A DNA stretch of 64,000 bases. It comes from Marsupella aquatica (taxonomy: Eukaryota; Plantae; Marchantiophyta). A program made the position numbers and the translations under genes. Below, one piece after another: positions 55,058 through 64,000 of this stretch (positions are counted from its first letter, which is position 1; each line of letters opens with the position of its first letter). Below the pieces are notes generated by a model. That model did not search any database and had not been told where the DNA came from. It worked only from the letters and a program-made list of their open reading frames with translations. The stretch covers positions 6,534,234 through 6,598,233 of the forward strand of contig OZ316894.1 in the NCBI GenBank assembly GCA_973895155.1. The letters are read 5' to 3'.

Positions 55058-58000
55058 ATGGAACCCGGGCCGAGACCGGAGGTAAGGACGCTGAGGGTGA
55101 AAACTCAATTAGGGTTAGGGCGCGTTAAGTGTCGGCGGCTAGGAAGGATCAACGGGAAGAAGGACCGGCAGAGGAGAGGGGTAAGGAGCGCTTGCAGGAG
55201 ATGGTGGCTCATTTGCGAGCACGAACTAGGCAGACGACTACGGGAGGCCAACTACTGTCAGCTGCTTAGGCAAGCACTCGGGGAGAGAGTAGATACCGAC
55301 GATCGACCTAAGGAGGGTATGAGCAACGTCAATCAAGCGGCACATTTCTGGGGATGCCTGTTCGAACGGGCAACTGAGTACATCAAGACTTACGAGGACG
55401 AGGAATCAGAAAGGGCAGCTCGAGAACGACAGGAGCTCGCTCGATTGTGGGAGCTGCAGAAGACGACTTTCTTAGGAGGCGAACTCATCAAGGACGAGTT
55501 CCTGTGGACACCTACTTCCAATCAACTTGACGATCTTTTGTTTTGCAAAGACAGTGTCGTCGGCATCCGAGAGGCCATCAAGAACTGCAACGACATACAC
55601 TGGGAATTAAAGGGTAGCACAGAAAGGTGGACCCAGGCAACGGTGCTAGGAGAAACCTCCACGGCAGCAGAGATGAAGAGGAAGGGAGCCGTCAACGATG
55701 AAGCCACCCCGGCAAAAAGAACGAGGTCGGCGGCACCAAAGAAGCCAGCCGAGCAGCAGAGCAGGAGGCAGGGAGAAGCCGAAGAGGAGGAGGTCGATCC
55801 CATCAAGGCCATTCCAACCAGGGATGACACCTGGAAGGGCTGCGCGGCAACCCTACCGGTGGAGGTGCAACTACATTTTGCACGGGAGGAGGAGGCATGC
55901 TTTACGGCCATGCAGACCAAGAAGTACCAAGGCTTCATGGCCGGATCCGGCTTAGAGGCCTTTGTAAGATTACCATGGCTGAAGCCGGAGGTACCGGAGT
56001 CAGACCTATTAGAATTCGTGGGGTCATGGGAACCCGAGACCAATTGCACGAGGATATATGGGAAGGATTTCTATCTTACTCCCAAGGTAATTGCCGAAGT
56101 GTTTGGCTTGCCGATAGGCAATAAGACCAAAGTTGATACCAGGAAGACCTTGCCTGACAAGGAGTTCCGGTCGTTCCCCGGGCCATCAACGAAGAATGGC
56201 TTCTTCCGGAACACCTGCACCAACCCGCACATAGGAGAGATGATCGACTTCTTATGGGTGACCATGCATTGTAACTTGCCGAGGGAAAAGATTGGCAAGG
56301 CACAGGTCTATCTGGCAGAAAGGCCAGACCCAAGCCGGGACTACAACGGGTACCTCCTCAACCAATTGAAGAAGATCTTAAAGGAGGAGCAGCAGGTAAT
56401 CGGCATGGGGAGCGTGTCGCGGCTTGGCTATCACATGCCGCTGTTGTGCCGGTATGCCAGAGGTCAGACTTTTGCCCCAGTACTTCCCCTGCAGGTAAGG
56501 GCACCCGAGGAAGCTCCAACGCCGAGGCCGTTGGCTGAGAAGCCTCAACCACCTGTTAGCCCTACGATCGAGCAGGTGGTTAGGCCCAGGAAGGAGGACT
56601 TGCCGATGCAGCAACCAGGCATGCAGAGTCTGCTGAAACTACTCGAGAAGGAAAAGAAATCGGCATCGGCAACAACAACGGCAACGGCAACAATGCAGGA
56701 CACTACTACAGAGGTAGGCCTACACCGACTCACAAGAGAAAACCCCTTTGCTGGAGACAAGGAGAGAATCAGGCCGGAATCCAAGCCAGGTGTTCGAATG
56801 TATGTGGGAATCTCAAGCCCCGAATCTGAGGCAGAATTGCCTGAAGCTCCTACCGACGAAGAGGAGAGGGAGAAGCCGAACGTCCAAGAGGTAGAGGAGG
56901 CAGTGGAGGACTGCAGCCATGATAATTCCGGCTATGGGTCGGATCATCACGTTCCAGGAGTAAGGACCTGTGGCCGGTTTGTCCCCACACTTCCAAGGGT
57001 AGTGCGAGGGGACCCCAACCAGCAGAGTAGCCCTGAGTCTCCCCCACCAGATGTTGCTCCCCCGAGCTTCGACGACATAAAACAGACGGTGCAGGAATTT
57101 CAGGAGCGAATCAGGATGGAGCAGGAGGCAGCCCTGGCTAGGGAAAAGGATTTACCAGGAGGAGATTGGCCGGAGGACATCAGGCGGCTAGCCAAAAAAG
57201 GAAGCAAACCTCTAGCCACGATTGAAGAGATCCGCAAGACGGCTTGGGAGCAGAGGCCGCGATGGGCGATGCCGATCACTTCTACTTACTCCACCTACGC
57301 TAAGAATAGAGCCATGGAGTATGGTGAGATGTGTGGGGAACTTGCGCTCGGCATCTTTGGAGAGGAGTTGGAGGTAGGACCCTTTTTCCATAGGGAGCAG
57401 TTGGAGAAGCACCAATTAGAAGAAGCGGTGGCTTTAGAGAGAAGCAAGAAGGACGAGGTCATTCGGCGGCTTAGGAGGATGGAAGCCGAGATTGAGGATC
57501 TAAGGGCGGCCAAGAAAGCCCAAGATGAACTGCGGATTAAACGGCATGAGCTGAACATCATGCAGGGGCAGTTGGACACCGCGCAGGCTGATAATCAGAA
57601 TATCAAGGATAAACTGACGCAGACGCAGGGAGAGTTGGCCGACACGATCAAAGAGAGGGAGAAGTGGAAGCAAGAGCTGAAGAATACAGAGGAGGCCCAC
57701 ATAACAGCCAACAGCCGGGCCATGGCCTCGGGGGGGTCACTTCCACGGAAGTGACACATCACGTGCGACGAAGTATAGGCCCATTTAAATGGGTGTGGCG
57801 GAAGACTTCCAAAGTTTGGTGGAAGAACACATAGTGCATGTTTTATTGATTGGTCGACTTTAAAGAACACATAGGCCTATTTAATTGCAAAAAATACTTT
57901 CTATAAAGTTTTTAGGGGTTTTTTAATAAAAAATGACAAAATTTTAAGAAAGAAAGGGCTTTGCAAAAAAATATTTTTCACTTTAAAGTTAGGGGGGTCA

Positions 58001-59029
58001 AACCCTAAAACGTCGCACGCGATGTATGACCCTCCATATAGTGACCCCCCCGAGGCCATGGCGGAGACCCAAAGAAAGGAATGGGCGTTGAAGGGGGAGC
58101 TCGAGAAAATCCGCGGAGCCCTTGAGCAGAAGGAGGCCGAGTTAGGGAAATCCTATCAAGGGATTATGGCGCTGCAGCAGGAGCTTGTGTCCCTGACGGC
58201 CAGCTTCAAGGCCGACCTAAGGGAGAAGGACGAGATGCTCGAACAGACTTACGCCAAGATGAACCAGATGGAGTCTGTCATCATTGCAGAGCTCGACAAG
58301 GAGCTAAGAGCAACCCGGGAGGAGAGGACTACCTTGAAACAAGAACGGGAGGAAGCCCAGAAGGAACTAGAGGAGGCACGCAAGGACCTGGATGAGACCT
58401 AGGAGGAGTTGGAGGAAATCACGAGGAAGATGGAGAACCTCCAGCGGCGGGCCGACAACCAAACTGAGCGGCTGAAGAAACAAGCCGCAGTATTTAAGTG
58501 CTTGTCTTCATCAGGCCCAACTCCAATTGGGGCAACCAAGTTACCAGGAGTGGTACTGGCCGAAGAAAAAGCCGCGCCACCTGCACCAGTGCCGGAAGTA
58601 AGTGGGAAGGGGAAGGGACCAGCTGCCGAACCAGAAAAGAAGAAAAAACGGAAACCTTCAGGGTCAAGGAGTAATCCGACTCCACAAGCCGTGGTGACCA
58701 AGGAGGTAGAACCAGCACCATCCTCCGACATGAATACGGCAATAGATCCCGCTATCATCACAGGTGGGGGTGGTGCGGCCCAAGCCGAACTACTCAGTAA
58801 TGAGGCCGGTATTCCAGATCCGCCTCTTGAGCAGGCCGGGGAGACCGTAGCCGAGGCTGAGGCCGTAACCGATTCCCGAGCCGATGCCGACGCCGATGGT
58901 GGACCCAGTCAGGCCGATGGAGAGTTGACTCAGTCAAGGGCAGGTAATCTGTCAGAGAATGAACCTACGGCAGTGGCTGAGGAGGAAGCGTTGGGGGCGT
59001 CCATTAAGGATCCACCACCGGTGTCGTGA
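55058..59029 (+). pseudogene. Large intronless retroelement-associated ORF (Athila-ORF/'putative plant transposon protein'-like domain plus long coiled coil), interrupted by a MITE and one TAG
   Basis: ORFs 55058-57754, 58022-58402 and 58409-59029 share one frame. The segment LLEFVGSW…IYGKDFYLTPKVIAEVFGLP resembles the EFY…xrGxxxxxxpxxIxxxlGLP pattern of Ty3/gypsy accessory ORFs, judged by eye. No RT or integrase motifs were seen. Confidence 0.65.
57727..58054. mobile_element. 328-bp MITE with 44-bp imperfect TIRs, flanked by duplicated GCCATGGC
   Basis: Termini CTCGGGGGGGTCACT…AGTGACCCCCCCGAG are a perfect 15-bp inverted pair, and ACATC.CGTGCGACG also pairs. GCCATGGC lies at 57719-57726 and 58055-58062. 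The core is AT-rich inside a GC-rich ORF. Confidence 0.93.
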
Positions 59030-62000
59030 CGGTGCAAGGGCGCCGTTCCTTTTAGGGAGGGCGGACGTGGAGGGAGGAGGCGTGAGTGGGCAGGGCGGGC
59101 GCTGATCTCCAAGTTTAGGATTAGGATCAAGACCAGGAGCGGCCCTGACACTTAGCTTAGTGGGATTGCGGTCCCACTGGTAGGAGCAACACTTGTGCTC
59201 CTGCCTTGCTGTACAAGGTAGATTCAGGCAAGTAGATTATTGTTAAGTAGATTAGGCTTACGATGCAAAGAATGGCGGATCCACTACCAGGATAAGTACC
59301 TGGGCAGCGGGGAGCTCAGGGCCTCTTCTTTAGCAAGTTTTTAGTTTGCACCAGCCGGGCTGGGATCAAGTAGTACGAGAAGCTCTCGGTTAGTCATACA
59401 GTGACCCTTGTGTATATTCATGTTTCCTCATGCCTAAGAGCTGAATAGAGTTGGCCTCACGGCTTAGTTCGCAGAGCTTGTGTATGAGATGTACTGTTTG
59501 TATGGCAAGTGCATGGTATGACTCAGTCAGAATGAGTCATTTTGCTATTTGTGTGTCGCATTAACTTGTGTGAAGAGTGCCCACATCAACCAAAAGGAAG
59601 GAAAGTAAGCAGGGGAGTGAGAGTTGGATGTGTCGAGCTGAGAGAGGTCTTAGCGGCTTAACCAAGCCTATTGGGGATCATTCCGGCGGCGGAATCCAAA
59701 CATACCGAACAAGACGGAGGGGAAGATAGGGGAAGGCCTAGATTAGGCCGGCTACGTATCTCATGACCCGATGAAGGATCTGTCCAGTATATGTGTGTAA
59801 AATGTTAATAGTAGTAGTAGAAGGTTAGCAGCGTCCCATGCCGCTAAGCCGCGGAAACGGCCTCGCCAAGCGCGAAACCTGCGGGAATCGGCTTGAGCTG
59901 GGGGGTTTCTTGGGTTTAGGGAGCCATGGGACGCACCACAAGCCTGTATATATCCACACAGGAATCTTGTCGGAGAGGAACTGCTTGATGTGGTATTCTC
60001 CTCTCCCCGGACTGGTTGGGCTATGACCAACTCCTATAGGCTGAAGTTGTAACAATTCGGGTCAATCTGTAACTTTGGGAGTACGTTCTTTGAATTGTGC
60101 TTTCCAAGTCCTGCTTGAAACCTTAACCTTGAGATCAAACAAACAACTGTCATCTTCAGAGACTCCTTACTCTTTCTTAACAGTCACTTTCACTTTCCTG
60201 ACTGTGACCAAAGGTTCCCCCGCAAACTAGGTCTTTCTATTCCTAGTCCACGAACCACGGCTTTTATACTTAGCCCACCCAAGGAAACAATATGGGCCTG
60301 GAAGTTGTCTCGCTTCACTGAAATCCACACCTATACCAAGTAAAATAGTTATTATCTCTATGCTGTACGTATATTCATAAGTATTTGGTTCTAGTCTTAG
60401 CTAGTACTTTTGGTCAAATCTATTGACACGTTCGCAACCACTCTGCCATCTAGATCTACGTACTGAAATGTGCAATCCTCTTGAGCTTGCTTATTACAAT
60501 ATATTACTTACTATGTGCAATCCTCTTAAGTTTGCTTACTAAATATATTACTTACTGTATAGCCTTCAGTTTTACTGCTAAATGCTCTGCTAAACTTTCA
60601 ATTTCACTGATAAAGAATAATCTTGATTCCAAACCTGTACTTCATTGAAATCGAATTTGCATCAAAACAGATGGTATTTACAGGCGATATACAATACAAC
60701 AAGGTATCACTGGGATTGCTTGAGAAACATGGAACTCGAAGGTCTAGAATACCATGTACGATCGCTCAATCTTGATCGACCATATATAATATATATATGA
60801 CTCCCTTAAAATGAAATAGATTCAATGTATCACATTCCTGCGAAGAGTAGACCTCATTGCTTACCAAACGATTTCAGAATATTGAGGGGATGCATGTACG
60901 TCCAAATCAGCAGGAACCTCGATCATTCAGTATCTGCGGGGCCATCCAGGGTTGTCTTTAATTTGACGGAGATGGCGCAACAGGTCTATGTCTGAACAGT
61001 TAGAGATAGACTGCCCTTGAGATGTGTCTGTGGTGAAAACATAATCTGGCTCTTTCGAAACCTCCTCAGAAGTAGCGGGTACCTAGCTCCTCAGAAGAAT
61101 CGGGCGTATATTTCTCATTTGTACTCAATTCCTCCCACCACTGGCCTAAGCTAACTGTTTCAAACGAAAATCCTCGGTAAGTCCTCCAAGTCACTGTCAG
61201 TAATTGGTGAACCGCCCATGACTTGATCGACGGTTCAGCTTGCCTTGTTTCCTGCGGCCACATGTTCCGCTCAGTTGAATGTCCAACAGCAAACACAATA
61301 TCAGACAAATGAACATCGAAATTGAAATGGTTATTGGGCCAAGATAATATGTCCATTGATATATAGTTGTTCATATATATTAGAGCCAAAGTTTATATGA
61401 AAATCTCAGATACCAACCAATCAAACCCCCTCGCTTCTTTAAATACGGCTGGCTTGTAGGTACCTTAGTTATTTGAACATAAAGATCACGTACGTACTTG
61501 AAACATAAGAGAACTGAAATCTCTCTCTCTCTGTGTCTCTCTCTGGAGCCTGTTTTGGAGCCTGATTTAACTGAACAAAACTCAGCAAAATTTTATCCTG
61601 ATCTGTTGCAACATATGATGATCGAAACTATGCCACCCACACCACTAGCTAGACTGCGCATTCTATATTCAAATTCCTAGCTATTGGAGATTGACCTGTA
61701 TAATAATTGGATAGATGGAGTAACTAGTCTTCTACCGTAATGGAAAGCTAGGGAGGGCCAAGCGCAGGTGGAAGACTACCCTCGAACTCCCAGCAAATAT
61801 TTAATTCGATCAATATTCTCCTTGTCACGAAACAAGGTACATGCAACAATCCAAAAAGTACGGACATGGGTAACTCTATATTCTTAAGCATGTCTATGCA
61901 GGAATCCATACATATATCACCAAGCTAGTAGAACGTTGAATGGTAACTCCTTGGGACTCCTTGGTGGATGATAAAGTTTTACTTCAATTCGATTAGTAAC

Positions 62001-63439
62001 GTTGAAGATAGTGAGACGACTTTAAACCCTAGACATCAATCTTCACTACCCTAGCACTCGAAAAAAAGAGGGAGCAAGTACTTTGAATTTGGTTAGCTCT
62101 ATCCATTTAACGTACACCAAACCAAGTTCTCATAAGTCTATTACCAACCTTTGGACCAATAGGCAGAGAAGAAAGTCACAAATTTATTCCAACGATTGAA
62201 GCAGCCAAGATCATCCAGACTACATCCAGAGTAATTGATCGAGTCACAACTCTGGCCTGCGTGCGGGTCAACCTTGAATCACAAGTCCTGCCGGACCGGA
62301 GGAGTGGAAACTCAAAATTGATAGAGAAAAGAGTAAGTGCGCAAGGTCTTCAATAAGGTTAGCGGATGTGCGCAAGGTCTTTAATAGGGTTAGCAAAAAT
62401 GACCAATGACGATTGAATATATGACTACTGAAGTGTCACCCAAGGAGCATGCACTCCATCACTAATTAAGGCTTCATTCCAGGCTGCACAGTATCTATTT
62501 AGTAGGTCCTGACTCTCACACTGGGCAGGAATCTCCTTTGCTCCCGTTAATGACATGTATAGTTTGCTGTAGGCCATGCAACTAGCTTTGAGCCCAGGTC
62601 TGACTCTATAACATACAACCACGCCTATTTTCAGCCCCGAGGCCATTTTGGATCAGCCATATCTATGATCAAATATTCAAAATCATATAATCTGGGCCTG
62701 TAGGGGATTTCCACGTACCCAACCTAGCTATCTCCCCCTCCCCAGCCCAAAGGCAGCATTTTATTGCATGGTAACTACTTTGGGCAGCCAGGTAGGCAGC
62801 AGAAAGAAGGATCTCTTCCATTCAGACCTGCCCAGATCCACCTGCCAGGAAGGGGAATTGCATTGTTAGGCCGGACTTTAGGGAGCAGGGTGTGGAGCGG
62901 ACGAGTATGATGGGAGAAAACTCTTCCATAATTGCCAGTCGTACCTGACTTCCTTGACAAATTAAAAGAAGCTGTAACAGTGCATTGGTGGTTACTAGTT
63001 TAGGTGGAGAGCTATATACGCTGTCTGAATTTGGTGGGGTTCAGTGAAAGACTCTTGCTTATTACGTAGATCCCTCACCTAAGTACCAATACAAATTTGT
63101 CTTCTTACAAGTCGAATGGTGTGGGGTTGAATGAACAAAACTCCTTCCATCCGCGCTTTGATCGATCTATGCGCTCCTACCCGGGTCTTGATAAAGCATG
63201 CCGTTCGTCTGCCAGGGGTAGACGAGCCAGGTTGCGACAACGTAACGCATCCCATTCATCTACCATACACTGGTGGTTAGTTTATGCAGGCTGCGCTCAA
63301 GCTGGCGGGTACTGCTATATATAGAGGTTCTTTTCTAATCCCACTCAATTCATTAATCTGCAAGCTCTAATTAAGGATTCAAGCATAGCATTGCTTGGTG
63401 ATCGATTACTTTAGGCAGCTGGGCCCTGCCGGTAGCTAG

Positions 63440-63668
63440 TAGGCTATTTTTCTTCTCTTCATTTCCGTCTGTAAGAAGTCTTAGTCGTCGTTCGATCTCC
63501 TACTCACGTATTCCCCTCTGAAAGAAATGTAGCATCTCTCGTGGACAATCAGTTTAGTAGCTATATAGGCTATTTTTCTTCTCTTCATTTCCGCATGTAA
63601 GAAGTCTTAGTCGTCGTTCGATCTCCTACTCACTTATTTCCCTCTGAGAGAAATGTAGCATCTCTCGA
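63440..63668. repeat. Tandem duplication, 126-bp period, downstream of a TATA-like TATATATAG (about 63316)
   Basis: TAGGCTATTTTTCTTCTCTTCATTTCCG..TGTAAGAAGTCTTAGTCGTCGTTCGATCTCCTACTCAC…AGAAATGTAGCATCTCTCG occurs twice. Confidence 0.9.
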
Positions 63669-64000
63669 TCATGGACAATCAGTTTCAACCGGGAGTACCT
63701 TCTCAATCCTTCCGAGCTTCGAAGAATTAAAGCTGTCCGCTCTCTTGTATTTAGTCTTCATCTCCCTCGATCTACTGTCTTGCTTTTCTCATTTTCAGCT
63801 TGTATGAAATTTTCAAACGATCTTTCGAGCTTCGAAGAAAGTTTAGTGTTTCCTTGTACTTAGTCTTCCTCTCCTATCCCACTTTTTTTGGTGCAAGCAG
63901 CCTATCCCGACAGTTCTCAGTTTCTCCTCAGTATTTAATCCTTCGAGCTTCCAAGATAGCTGTCTTTTGTGTTTCTCCCCGACTCAGCTAGCTAGTGAAA

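Noticed and set aside
61726-61777. AGTCTTCTACC…GGTGGAAGACT hairpin
   Set aside because: The 11-bp stem is too short for a plant pre-miRNA and could arise by chance.

Overview
Nuclear DNA from a land plant with spliceosomal GT-AG introns; a non-seed plant such as a liverwort is my inference and is not demonstrated. Exon models were assembled by hand. Host genes: first coding exon of TAF1 (-), a conserved plant multi-pass membrane protein (+), ATXR5/6 H3K27 monomethyltransferase (-), a doubly frameshifted Core-2/I-branching (GT14-like/DUF266) glycosyltransferase pseudogene (+), FIS1 (-), an intronless RabD/Rab1 (+), THIC with a TPP riboswitch in its 3' UTR (-), and MIA40 (+), which the ORF track shows only in part. 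Accessory DNA: a TIR-bounded 2.8-kb element, dispersed and tandem repeats, a decayed CACTA transposase, and a roughly 1211-codon retroelement-type ORF split by a 328-bp MITE. The strongest leads concern 3'-end RNA processing. FIS1 has two tandem alternative last exons encoding different tail anchors. The MIA40 stop codon sits inside a splice donor, and splicing there could create the peroxisomal signal SRM. The TPP aptamer lacks the P2 AG that serves as the regulated 3' splice site in angiosperms.
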